From the sequence record NC_091964.1: 64,000 nt of DNA. One strand, written 5' to 3'. A program made the translations under genes and the position numbers. Shown piece after piece: positions 45,493 through 54,824 of the stretch. The notes beneath the pieces are model-generated. The model had not been told where the DNA came from. It worked only from the letters and a program-made list of their open reading frames with translations, and searched no databases. Each line of letters begins with the position of its first letter. Within the stretch, counting starts at the first letter, position 1.

Positions 45493-46200
45493 ATGAACAA
45501 ACAAGAAGTCGGGTCTATTTTGCCAAATCAAGCATGGATGTTTGATGGACTTGTCACTGACTCCGAAGGAGCAGAAGTCGGTATTCACCTCATTATGGAA
45601 GTCGAAGGAAAAGCCCCAGCCTATAAGGTGGTATTCCCCGACTATGAATTACTGGCTCCGGTTGGACTACGCACTTATAAGCCAATCGCCGCTATACCAC
45701 CAAATGAACTTAGCCTGAAGGGGAATTTCACCACAATACCAGGAACCATCGTAGCACAATTTGCTGACGGCACGGACCTGACCGCATTGGTATTACTCAA
45801 TGAGGATTCCGGCCTCAGCCCAACTGAACCCCCAATCGGGACCATCGCTATCAGAAATAACTCTAGTGTAACCGGTTCGGTCCGCTGGATTTATTCTGAA
45901 CCTAAACCCTGGCATGAGGTATTCGCTGAATACTTAAACCTCATTGCCTTTAAGACAAAAGGTAGGGAAAGTAGTATGTTTAACGAATCACGCGCAAAAC
46001 CACGGGAAGTATGTGTTGACCGGCCGCGTGCTGATGACCCTATGCAGCAGAAAGCTATGGCGGCTAAAGAAATGATCGAGTCTTTCTTCGGGAACGGGGA
46101 CTTTGTACTCAACCTCAATCTGGAAGGACGTACTCTCGCAAATGGTGATCGGGAGCTCACCGGCGGTTTTACTTTCACGATTAAAGGTGAAAGCGAATAA
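45493..46200 (+). CDS. Hypothetical protein, 235 aa
   Basis: AGGGG RBS. Confidence 0.75.
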   Translation: MNKQEVGSILPNQAWMFDGLVTDSEGAEVGIHLIMEVEGKAPAYKVVFPDYELLAPVGLRTYKPIAAIPPNELSLKGNFTTIPGTIVAQFADGTDLTALVLLNEDSGLSPTEPPIGTIAIRNNSSVTGSVRWIYSEPKPWHEVFAEYLNLIAFKTKGRESSMFNESRAKPREVCVDRPRADDPMQQKAMAAKEMIESFFGNGDFVLNLNLEGRTLANGDRELTGGFTFTIKGESE

Positions 46201-46205
46201 GTTAC

Positions 46206-46406
46206 ATGTTCAGTAAAGAAGAACTTCATCCAGATGCACTTTTGGATATGCTGACCCGCCCTCGGGAGGCTGGAATACCACTTGTAATCTGCCTCCCGGA
46301 CAACACTCACATTGAGGAATACTCAGAAAATGGAAGAAGAACTCATGTTCAACATCGACGCGATCAATCCGCATCAACCGAAAGCAGTAGTGTACAGCAG
46401 CGATAA
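46206..46406 (+). CDS. Small hypothetical protein overlapping the next gene
   Basis: Fills the gap after 46200; C-terminal half is a low-complexity read-through. Confidence 0.45.
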   Translation: MFSKEELHPDALLDMLTRPREAGIPLVICLPDNTHIEEYSENGRRTHVQHRRDQSASTESSSVQQR

Positions 46407-46827
46407 CAAGGAGCGTTGCGTAATACAGCTCGGTCGATCTATCCACTTGTGGCATATCGATCTGGTGCTGGCAGCCTATCGTCTCTATTGGACTGGCGAA
46501 GGTAAACGCGATGCTTCCCTGAACGAAGAGGATGGTATTACTTACATAGCACCACCTGGTGTTAAAGATACTTCGAAAGATATGGCCACGCTTGCAAAGC
46601 GGATTATAAATGCAGTTTGTCGGAATGGTCGCTACGACCAACCAAACCTTCTGCGTAAAATAAACGATGGTCGTTATATCCTTTTGAAACGAGACTTTAA
46701 GAAAGACGTTGAGATTTATGTAAGCGGCGGATATGAGAAGCCCTACTTCTTTGTCCGCCGTATAGACTCTGCTGACGTTATTCAAAACTTCAACAGATTC
46801 GAAGATGCTATGGCATACAGCCACTAA
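46330..46827 (+). CDS. Hypothetical protein, ~165 aa
   Basis: GAGGA RBS then ATG 46330. Confidence 0.7.
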   Translation: MEEELMFNIDAINPHQPKAVVYSSDNKERCVIQLGRSIHLWHIDLVLAAYRLYWTGEGKRDASLNEEDGITYIAPPGVKDTSKDMATLAKRIINAVCRNGRYDQPNLLRKINDGRYILLKRDFKKDVEIYVSGGYEKPYFFVRRIDSADVIQNFNRFEDAMAYSH

Positions 46828-46861
46828 ATAAACTTTACTAGAATTTCTAGGAGAATACGAA

Positions 46862-47200
46862 ATGAAAGACGCTACCCCTATGGTCCGCCCTCTGGCTGAT
46901 TCAGAGATTCAGATTAAAATGAATCGCCGTGAAGTGAAACGCGCATTTGACTACCTGACTGAAAAGTTAGCAGGTAAGATCAAACCGACCGTTGTGCTCG
47001 ACACCAATAACTATAGAACTTTCTTCAGCCACTTCACTGGCAAGGAGTATCGTTACGAACTCACTTGGAATGAAGCATTACGTCTTCACTCCTATTTGCG
47101 TTTCTATATCGAGCGAGATAAGAAGAATAAGATCTCTATCTCAATGTCACAGATCCGCAACTTCCCAATTTATGGTTTAAACGTCGTCAAGGAGTTTTAA
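46862..47200 (+). CDS. Hypothetical protein, 112 aa
   Basis: AGGAG RBS. Confidence 0.75.
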   Translation: MKDATPMVRPLADSEIQIKMNRREVKRAFDYLTEKLAGKIKPTVVLDTNNYRTFFSHFTGKEYRYELTWNEALRLHSYLRFYIERDKKNKISISMSQIRNFPIYGLNVVKEF

Positions 47201-47201
47201 A

Positions 47202-47567
47202 ATGACCACCGCTAAAAAAGCACCACCATTCGCTGCCCAATTAAAGCTTGCTAAGTTAGCCGCAATTGCAGCTGGCGGTAGCGCAGAGAATGTCGAAGAA
47301 GATTTTGATAACTGGATCAGTATCCGTACTAATCCAGACGAAGGGGAATTAGCAATGTACTTAGCCCAGTACATCGCAACTGCTCAGCCAATTCCTCGTC
47401 CTGAGTTCCGTATGTCGTATTCGGAGTACGCTAACCTTACGTCTTTCCTTCCATCGAAAGGAGGTCGTGGTACAGTAGTCGCTCTGAAAAGAAACGAGAA
47501 TAACGATCTTCTGTTCGCCCTTGAAGGCGACACAAACATCACTCGCTTCGGTCAGCCGGAAGAATAG
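47202..47567 (+). CDS. Hypothetical protein, 121 aa
   Basis: AAGGAG RBS; terminator at 47594-47623. Confidence 0.75.
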   Translation: MTTAKKAPPFAAQLKLAKLAAIAAGGSAENVEEDFDNWISIRTNPDEGELAMYLAQYIATAQPIPRPEFRMSYSEYANLTSFLPSKGGRGTVVALKRNENNDLLFALEGDTNITRFGQPEE

Positions 47568-47670
47568 TTAAACCATGCTGTAAAAATTAAAGGAAAGAGG
47601 ATGTTCGCGCATCCTCTTTTTTTACTCTCGCGACGAATATAATGACCACTTATAAGAGGAAATAATAAGA

Positions 47671-48390
47671 ATGTTCTCCGGTAATGATTTTCCAAAGTAT
47701 CTGCGCAGTACTCCAATCTTAATGGAGAAGGATCATCCTTTTGCGCTGATGGAACCGAACTCAGGTAATCAGATTTTGCCTGAGCAATACAACACAGTTC
47801 TTTCACCTCGCCAACGTAAAGTAATCTCCGACCTGCAAATCTCCATTCGCGGTTGCGATACTTACGGTCAGCTTATTGACGTGCTGGAAAAACTGCGCGC
47901 TGATAAACCGGATGCTGTCGGTGAGGTTCTTCATCGTCTTCTTGAAGATGAAGATGGTAATTTTAACCTGGGCATGCAACTCGTACTGATTGGTGCGAAA
48001 GAAGACTTCGAAATCTTCTTAGCCACTGCTTTCAAGGTTAAGTTCGATCCGGAACTGTTCCAGGATATTTACCTGGACGAAGAGAGCCAGGAGGTCGATG
48101 ATCTCACCATGCTCTCGGTAACTGCTACTAATGCCATGACGATGTTAGTGCAGAACTGCGATATCGAAAACCCGTTGGTTATCATGGGTATCGAAGCTCA
48201 GTTGTCAGTACACGACGTAATCAACGAACAACGTTGGGCAGGCGTCAAGTGCGAACTCCTGGGCGGTATCCCGGCCGTTATTGTAATGCGTCGCTGGGGA
48301 TTGTTAAACAGCACCACTATTGTTGAACACGGCGTAGATGAAAACGCCATCTTCAGCGATCTGGTAGAAAGTCTTCTGGAAGGTAAGTAA
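47671..48390 (+). CDS. Acidic hypothetical protein, 239 aa
   Basis: AGAGGAAATAATAAGA-ATG. Confidence 0.8.
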   Translation: MFSGNDFPKYLRSTPILMEKDHPFALMEPNSGNQILPEQYNTVLSPRQRKVISDLQISIRGCDTYGQLIDVLEKLRADKPDAVGEVLHRLLEDEDGNFNLGMQLVLIGAKEDFEIFLATAFKVKFDPELFQDIYLDEESQEVDDLTMLSVTATNAMTMLVQNCDIENPLVIMGIEAQLSVHDVINEQRWAGVKCELLGGIPAVIVMRRWGLLNSTTIVEHGVDENAIFSDLVESLLEGK

Positions 48391-48876
48391 ATGAGCGAAA
48401 TAAAGAAAGAGATCCTCGATGATATCGAGATCATTCTTGGTGACAACGTAGCTATTGTCGACGACTCTAGTTACATTTGGGACGGGGAACACCATCGTGC
48501 GCCGATGGAGCAGGAAGCAACTGCTAAAGACCAAACTCCCATCTTTGTCATGCTGCCGTTTATGATCAAACAGCTCGAGCGTCCCGAAGTTGAATTGATC
48601 ATTATTGACGGCACCGAAGACCGCTTCCAGATCGCAGCTAAGACTGCGGATGGGATCGAGATCTTCACCGCTCACGACATTGCCTTCACGCAACGTCTAG
48701 CTGGGGAAAAAATAAAGACCAATTTGGCTCTTTATTTCAAGACTTATTATTTGCTAAGGTATTATCTCCTTGGCGGTAGTAAAAAATACGCAGTAACAAA
48801 ACTAAATGAGGGCTTTGTGGTTTACGCCAGCGATCCGGAAAAACCGGTTGTCTGGGCGGGACACAAAGTTTACTAA
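48391..48876 (+). CDS. Hypothetical protein, 161 aa
   Basis: Abuts the upstream stop. Confidence 0.75.
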   Translation: MSEIKKEILDDIEIILGDNVAIVDDSSYIWDGEHHRAPMEQEATAKDQTPIFVMLPFMIKQLERPEVELIIIDGTEDRFQIAAKTADGIEIFTAHDIAFTQRLAGEKIKTNLALYFKTYYLLRYYLLGGSKKYAVTKLNEGFVVYASDPEKPVVWAGHKVY

Positions 48877-48942
48877 GCTCTCTAAATCCCCAGCCAATGG
48901 AGCAGGTAGCGTAGCCTGCTCCAGTAACAGAGGACGAAAAGA

Positions 48943-49602
48943 ATGAACCTTAAATGGTTTTTATTACCCGTATTGCTTGTAATGAGCTTCGGGATTTTGG
49001 CTTCAACCAGCACCTCGACTGTTAAGTTTAACGAGAAGGGATGGAACAAGCACCGTAACGCTATCACAAGCGCTGCATACCGTACCAATCAACCTGTCGA
49101 TGCCTTGGCTGCATTTGCCAGTATCGAAACAACCATGGGGTTATCCAAAGACAGAAAAGGTTTGTTCCAATTCGTCGATCGTACCTGGCGTGATCAGGTT
49201 AAGCGAAATGGAAAGAAGTATGGGATTCGTATAGGAACACCGCAGACCAATGCACGTGCTAATGCACTCATGGCTGCCGAGTATATGCGAGAGAATCGAG
49301 AATACCTCGAACGCAAGCTCGGGCGAACAGTATCCCTATCCGAAATCTATATGGCGCATATGCTAGGAACATATGGCGCAGAAAAAATGCTGAAAGCTTC
49401 CAACGGAAAGCTAGCTAAAAATATCGTCCGCCCAGGCGGTAACAAAGCCTTCTTCTTTACGAAAGGAAAGGCTAGAACCGTCGGCCAATTTAAACAGTAT
49501 ATGGAGGCGTATGTAGAAAGACATGCGTCTACGTATCGACTAACCGCAGTGGCCTACATGGACACGCGTTTCGAATCTACCACACAGTTGGCAATGCGCT
49601 AA
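48943..49602 (+). CDS. Secreted lytic transglycosylase (SLT / phiKZ gp144-type catalytic domain)
   Basis: Signal-like N-terminus; ASIET (catalytic Glu), GLFQF, ANALMAAEY and IYMAHMLG motifs. Confidence 0.85.
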   Translation: MNLKWFLLPVLLVMSFGILASTSTSTVKFNEKGWNKHRNAITSAAYRTNQPVDALAAFASIETTMGLSKDRKGLFQFVDRTWRDQVKRNGKKYGIRIGTPQTNARANALMAAEYMRENREYLERKLGRTVSLSEIYMAHMLGTYGAEKMLKASNGKLAKNIVRPGGNKAFFFTKGKARTVGQFKQYMEAYVERHASTYRLTAVAYMDTRFESTTQLAMR

Positions 49603-49657
49603 CTATTTTTGAAAAGGGGCCTTGGAGCCCCTTAACTTTAGTTGTCAAGGACTAGCG

Positions 49658-50155
49658 ATGAAAAAGAACTTTTTAGGTGTAGTAGTAGCATCTGTTTTAT
49701 CTTTAACCGCTTTCAACGCATCAGCGCAACAAGTTCAGATGAACGAATGGACACGTGCTGAAAAAGGCGACTCGTTAATCGTATTAAACGTTAACCGCCA
49801 GCACGACATCCTCTCAGTAAACTGCCAGGCCGGGGACACATGGATCTCCATCGAAACAAGCCTTGGTCAGTTAGTCTACCCGGACCCTGATGCACGTCCG
49901 GGAGATGATTCCTTGTCATTAGAGTTATTAGTCGTAACGAAAGACGGAACCCTCGTCCGTTGGACTAAAGACGACCTCGACTTTACCAAACCGAACGGGG
50001 CTGGACAACAGCGCGCCCAGATCCTGTTCGACTCTTTACACGAGGCCAAGAAAGTAGAAGCATTACTCGGTGGCGAAATCGTCATCCCATTTGAGGGCGC
50101 ACCTTCTAAAGCGTTTCCTAAATTCAAAGAAGTTGTAGGCTTTTGTAAAGCATAA
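49658..50155 (+). CDS. Periplasmic protein with Sec signal peptide
   Basis: MKKNFLGVVVASVLSLTAFNASA/Q signal with an A-x-A site. Confidence 0.75.
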   Translation: MKKNFLGVVVASVLSLTAFNASAQQVQMNEWTRAEKGDSLIVLNVNRQHDILSVNCQAGDTWISIETSLGQLVYPDPDARPGDDSLSLELLVVTKDGTLVRWTKDDLDFTKPNGAGQQRAQILFDSLHEAKKVEALLGGEIVIPFEGAPSKAFPKFKEVVGFCKA

Positions 50156-50169
50156 ACTGGAGCTGTATA

Positions 50170-50853
50170 ATGACAGAACCGAATTCAAACCCTACCGATA
50201 CATTCGAGGTCCCTGGAAGATATCTTAATATCAACTCCATTGAAATCCGTCCCGCTGACATCTGTGCCTTGGTCGAGAAACCGATCAACTTTGTTCAACC
50301 GGCTAGCGACCGTTTCCGCGTAACTGATCTTACGCACCACGACCGTTGGCGTCCCTACCGGCTGAGCATTAATAAGGTGCAGCATCTGGTATTGTTCAAT
50401 AAAACGTTTGCGGCAGATAAGAAGGCAGTTGATTATTACATCACTCTTCTGCAACGCTGCGTTTCACTTGCCATCTCAGATGATGCAAAGTCCCCTGGAC
50501 GTTTGCGTATCGAAACAGATCCCGGACTCATTACCGGTGCTAAGGTTCAGAGTCCTCGTCTGATGGAGTTCTCAACGTTCTGTGATCTGTTGAGCAACGA
50601 ACTTAACTTCGACCGTAATCGCCACCGCGTGATCGTTTCGTTGTTACATTCTTTCGGTGTGAAACTGCAAACTCATGTAGAGAACGCAGTTATCGCTAAA
50701 TTCCCTAAACTGGAGACAACGACTAAATCCCAGTCAAAAAATAATCCAACCGGTAATCATTTGAAGAACACTCCGCCAAAATCTGAAGCTCCCCCGCACC
50801 AGACAGTTATGGCGGCCGCGTTGCAAGAAGCGCAGGACAAACAAAAATCGTAA
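50170..50853 (+). CDS. Hypothetical protein, 227 aa
   Basis: GGAG RBS; terminator at 50859-50887. Confidence 0.75.
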   Translation: MTEPNSNPTDTFEVPGRYLNINSIEIRPADICALVEKPINFVQPASDRFRVTDLTHHDRWRPYRLSINKVQHLVLFNKTFAADKKAVDYYITLLQRCVSLAISDDAKSPGRLRIETDPGLITGAKVQSPRLMEFSTFCDLLSNELNFDRNRHRVIVSLLHSFGVKLQTHVENAVIAKFPKLETTTKSQSKNNPTGNHLKNTPPKSEAPPHQTVMAAALQEAQDKQKS

Positions 50854-50912
50854 TGGCGTTGGGGGCTTCGTGCCCCCAATTTTTTTGCTTGGTCTGAAAA
50901 GGAAAAGAAAAG

Positions 50913-51485
50913 ATGAACGTAGAAGACGAAATCTGTCTGTTTGTTCGCCTTCCGGTGTTCACCATCGGGAAACTGGCGGATATGCCATACCAGCTTATGG
51001 TACAAGGAGATCTGAACACGACGTCCGCTAATGGCCTGCGTGTAACTAACCGCGTGCGAATGACTCAGTCATCTGATGATAACAAAGTCTTCACCACCGC
51101 AACGAAGTTCCGTTTACCGCGTAAGTCAGGTAGCGTAAGTACTCAGGCTCCTCAGGTCGAGTTTGAGATCAACGAAGAGGACTTTAACACGGTAATGGGT
51201 GCGTGTGAATCCCGTTACGTTAAACGTCGGTATAGCGTAAAGATCCCTTCCGGCGTTACGGTTGAGATTGACCGCTATATGGAAAAGAATAACGACTTCT
51301 CTAAGTTTGCTAAAATCGATATTGAGAAAGCAGACGAGGCGATGCTCGATATTTACCTGGCAGAACTCAAAGAGATCGGGCTGCACGTCGGCGCGATTAT
51401 CAACCCACCTGGCGTAGAGAGCCAGGAAATAAAAGAACAGATTGACGAGCTCATGGGCCGTCAGTGGAATTTAGTATCTAATTAA
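50913..51485 (+). CDS. CYTH / triphosphate tunnel metalloenzyme-like protein
   Basis: ExE N-terminus, RVR, TK, EFE, KRRY, EID and KIDIE strands. Confidence 0.75.
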   Translation: MNVEDEICLFVRLPVFTIGKLADMPYQLMVQGDLNTTSANGLRVTNRVRMTQSSDDNKVFTTATKFRLPRKSGSVSTQAPQVEFEINEEDFNTVMGACESRYVKRRYSVKIPSGVTVEIDRYMEKNNDFSKFAKIDIEKADEAMLDIYLAELKEIGLHVGAIINPPGVESQEIKEQIDELMGRQWNLVSN

Positions 51486-51517
51486 TCTCCTGTTTATAAC
51501 AGTCTAAGGAGCCTTAA

Positions 51518-52054
51518 ATGGCATCTGTCATTTGTGAAGAAGTAGTTTGTCCGTGCTGTAAAGTTGAACGTCCTGTTAAAGAAGTTGTTTGCGTGGACGA
51601 AAAGGCTAACTACTGGCAGTGCAAGATTTGTATCATGCTTGCAAAAGATCCTACCGTACCTGGTAAACCAAAAACAAAAGCTGAGATCGAAGAGTTCAAA
51701 GAAGCCGTCACGGCTCGTAAACTTGGTATGAATCGACCTAAGCCAAAAGTAGAGGTAACCTCTGCGACTTGTCCTGGTTGTCTTAAGACTTTGGATATCG
51801 TGGAATTTAAGGGTGTGGGAGGCAGGGTATTCTCTCACTGCAATTGTTGCAGAGATAATAATATTAAAATAGGTGATGAGCGCGCCAAGCAGCTTCTTGG
51901 TGGCGGACTGTTCTCTGGGGTATCTCTTACACTGGGTCGTTGTATTCAGTGCGGTCATACTGGGCAGATTACTACAGACTTCCCGGTTGACACAAAAGAA
52001 CCTACAGGTTATAAGCGCTACTGTCTCAAGAAGTGCGCCGGTCGCCGGAGATAA
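51518..52054 (+). CDS. Triple zinc-ribbon protein
   Basis: Three CxxC pairs: CPCC/CKIC, CPGC/CNCC, CIQC/CLKKC. Confidence 0.75.
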   Translation: MASVICEEVVCPCCKVERPVKEVVCVDEKANYWQCKICIMLAKDPTVPGKPKTKAEIEEFKEAVTARKLGMNRPKPKVEVTSATCPGCLKTLDIVEFKGVGGRVFSHCNCCRDNNIKIGDERAKQLLGGGLFSGVSLTLGRCIQCGHTGQITTDFPVDTKEPTGYKRYCLKKCAGRRR

Positions 52055-52058
52055 GCCA

Positions 52059-52499
52059 ATGAAAGTTAACGTTGAATTAGTCGATGGTAAAATCGATAAG
52101 ATAGAGTTGATCAAGGACGGTGTAGCTCTCTTCACGGTAACTCGCTGGCAGCAGGAAGGTCTGGGATTAGTAGCTTACAACGGAACAAGCTTAGACCTTT
52201 ACTACATCTATCGTCATGAAGTTGCGAGAGCGCAAGAAAAGCGTTTCCGCTATGGCTTGGACGTGATAGCCAGCCGTTTATTAAAATACCACGGCCTGAC
52301 ATTCAAAGGGCTATTTTGGGGTATACCAGTTTCAACAGAATATCTAAACGACCTATGGTACGGATTAGGTAATACGTTAATAATGTCTAACACAGGTGTT
52401 CTATCGGATTCTCTAAAGGATGCGATGATAAGAACCAAGTGCGCTGACGCATTGACTGACGATCTATTGACCAAGGTTAGGTTGTACGTTAATTATTGA
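52059..52499 (+). CDS. Hypothetical protein, ~146 aa
   Basis: GGAG RBS then ATG 52059. Confidence 0.7.
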   Translation: MKVNVELVDGKIDKIELIKDGVALFTVTRWQQEGLGLVAYNGTSLDLYYIYRHEVARAQEKRFRYGLDVIASRLLKYHGLTFKGLFWGIPVSTEYLNDLWYGLGNTLIMSNTGVLSDSLKDAMIRTKCADALTDDLLTKVRLYVNY

Positions 52500-52501
52500 G
52501 G

Positions 52502-52544
52502 AAACAGCAAAAAGAAGGGCCCGAAGGCCCTTCTTTTTTTTTTG
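52502..52544. terminator. Bidirectional terminator, near-identical to 14108-14150
   Basis: AAACAGC-A5-GAAGGGCCCGAAGGCCCTTC-T10-G. Confidence 0.9.
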
Positions 52545-52546
52545 TC

Positions 52547-53383
52547 TTAACGTGACTGTCCGGCTATCAAGCCGCGCAAAAAGGTCTGGTGACGCGCACC
52601 ATCGTTCATAGCGTTTACTGCCTGGATAACTTCATCGCGGTAATCGACGTAGTTATCGTTAGCGTCAGCATACCCATCGATGATCTGTTGAATACGACTT
52701 AGCTCTGCCCCACCATAGAGGTAGCCGCTATCGAGATCAATGATAGTGTTAGACCACACCCATGCCTTAGCAGCCATTACAGCGTAGCGACTGAGATGGA
52801 AGATTGCTGCTCCATTCCAGTTACTGAGCTCTTCGTCCTGCCCAACGCGAACGGTAAGCGACCCCTGTTGCACCTTACCCATGTAGTCGTTAATTACAAC
52901 GACGTTCTCACCAATCAACTCCACGTTAGCGGAGCTATTGATAGGAGCAGGAGAAGCAGCACGTAAGATCTGTTGAGCCGCACCCATCATCGGAGAGTTA
53001 CCACAGCTCTGGATGTTATAGGACGATGTCTGCCATCCGTTGTTTAAATCCGCAGCCACTGTATTGAACCAGTAGTTAAATGCAATGACCTGAGAAATAG
53101 GACGACCTTTGGTCAATGACTTAGGGACACGGAGCACCGTTCGATAATCCTGGTTCTCGAGGAACTGAACTTCAGCGTGCCGTAAAGGAACGTTAATAGT
53201 CTCAGCGCCCAAGATAGAAAGATCCACACGGATACGTGCATCAATAACCTTGTTACGGATTTCCCAATCCAGATCACCCGCGTACTTATGGTTACGACCT
53301 TTACGCTTCATGAAAGCGACTTCGAGAACTGGCGGTGGGATAGCCTGCTTAATCTCGAAGATTAATTTATCTATTACCGACAT
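52547..53383 (-). CDS. Conserved virion protein of phiKZ-like phages (gp42-like by recall)
   Basis: IP..VL..AF N-terminus; divergent from phuZ. Confidence 0.55.
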   Translation of the reverse strand: MSVIDKLIFEIKQAIPPPVLEVAFMKRKGRNHKYAGDLDWEIRNKVIDARIRVDLSILGAETINVPLRHAEVQFLENQDYRTVLRVPKSLTKGRPISQVIAFNYWFNTVAADLNNGWQTSSYNIQSCGNSPMMGAAQQILRAASPAPINSSANVELIGENVVVINDYMGKVQQGSLTVRVGQDEELSNWNGAAIFHLSRYAVMAAKAWVWSNTIIDLDSGYLYGGAELSRIQQIIDGYADANDNYVDYRDEVIQAVNAMNDGARHQTFLRGLIAGQSR

Positions 53384-53483
53384 ACTACCTCCAGTTGCAG
53401 TATCTGTGTAACAGTTTATTTTTTAGGTAAATTAACCTTGTTGTGTAACAAACTCACACAAGAAATCAATTAAAGAGGATATC

Positions 53484-54458
53484 ATGGAACAGACTAACAA
53501 AAAGATCGGCATCTATGGTTGCGGCGGTGGCGGCACTAATCTTCTGGCAATGGTCGAGAAGAAAATCAAAACCGAAAACCTGGCTGGCGTTTATGCCCCG
53601 TACAACGCTGTTTATATCGACAGCTCCGAATCTAACTTCGATGACCTGATCCCAGCCGGTGCCCAGAAGTATCGTATCGCTAACATGGATGGCGCGGGCA
53701 AGATCCGTGACGACATGCTCGAACCGGCTCGCCGCGAAGCGCCGAACATTCTTTTCCAGTACCCGCCTCAGGATGTTAACATTCTGGTCTGTACAGCAGG
53801 CGGCGGTACAGGTGCTATCCTGGCAACCGTGCTGGCTGAGAAAATGTGGGAAGCGGGTAAACGTGTTATCTTCGTTTCTCCGGCATCTATCGAATCCGGT
53901 AAAACAGCGAAAAACTCCCTGGGCCACATCCGTACCCTGAACAACCGTGCAAAAGCCAACGGCCAAACGTCGGTACTGTTCTACGACAACAACGAAGCCG
54001 GTAACAAAAACCGTAACGAAGTTGACCGTGGTATGGTGCTGGGTATCTGCGCCCTGCTCGATCTGTACAGCGGTAAACATCGTGAGATGGATACCAAAGA
54101 CGTTGAGCAATGGCTGAACCTGGGCAAATCCGCGAACCTGGAACCGCAGCTGGTACTTCTCGATATCGACACTAATATCGAAGATGCGAAAGCTCGCCAG
54201 TACCCGATCTCCATCAACGCGATCTACTCCGAAGCTGATGCGACCAAAGGTTCTCCTTCTGCCGACTATCTGTCCGAAGGTTATCGTCGCGATGGCGGCG
54301 GTTCTCTGTTCTTCAGTATCCACACTGACGGCCTGGGCAACATCGCCAACGACCTGCAAGCAGTTGTAACCAGCTACGAGCAGCGCGCTGCTGCCCGCCA
54401 GTCTACTGCTAACAATGCGCTGGGCTCCAGCAACAGCAACGACGGCTGGGAGCTGTAA
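53484..54458 (+). CDS. phuZ: PhuZ phage tubulin
   Basis: GCGGGG, IDSSESN, DGAG, AGGGTG signature, T7-loop DTKD and acidic C-tail DGWEL. Confidence 0.95.
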   Translation: MEQTNKKIGIYGCGGGGTNLLAMVEKKIKTENLAGVYAPYNAVYIDSSESNFDDLIPAGAQKYRIANMDGAGKIRDDMLEPARREAPNILFQYPPQDVNILVCTAGGGTGAILATVLAEKMWEAGKRVIFVSPASIESGKTAKNSLGHIRTLNNRAKANGQTSVLFYDNNEAGNKNRNEVDRGMVLGICALLDLYSGKHREMDTKDVEQWLNLGKSANLEPQLVLLDIDTNIEDAKARQYPISINAIYSEADATKGSPSADYLSEGYRRDGGGSLFFSIHTDGLGNIANDLQAVVTSYEQRAAARQSTANNALGSSNSNDGWEL

Positions 54459-54473
54459 TCCCGAGGAGGAGTC

Positions 54474-54824
54474 ATGTTCTTTACATACGGCTCCTCTACA
54501 AAGGGCCTAAGCCAGGAGCACTTAGCGGTTCTTCGTAGAGCCGCTATTTACGAGATTAACCTCGAGAAATATGCTGGTAAGCGTATAGTAGAAGTTAAGA
54601 TCGATGTTGAAGGCAGGACGATCAAATTGGTCGTCGTTGTTGCTAAGGAGGAGTTATGTTCGTCAAGTGGGAGCGAGGACTCTACGGCATCCGTCCCGTT
54701 ATCGAGTTCAACATTATGCAACCGGATGATCAACTTACTCCGGCGCAACGTGTTATCAAGAAGCTTCATTTTGATTATAATCGTCGAGCTTTTAGCTTTC
54801 CATTGGCGGGAAAGATCACGATAA
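54474..54824 (+). CDS. Hypothetical protein overlapping the next gene by 169 nt
   Basis: GAGGAGGAG RBS. Confidence 0.6.
   Translation: MFFTYGSSTKGLSQEHLAVLRRAAIYEINLEKYAGKRIVEVKIDVEGRTIKLVVVVAKEELCSSSGSEDSTASVPLSSSTLCNRMINLLRRNVLSRSFILIIIVELLAFHWRERSR

Noticed and set aside
53466-54359. 297-aa ORF antisense to phuZ (likewise 8485-9120, 12127-12798, 29918-30484, 51494-52135)
   Set aside because: These are antisense shadows of highly biased genes with no independent signals.
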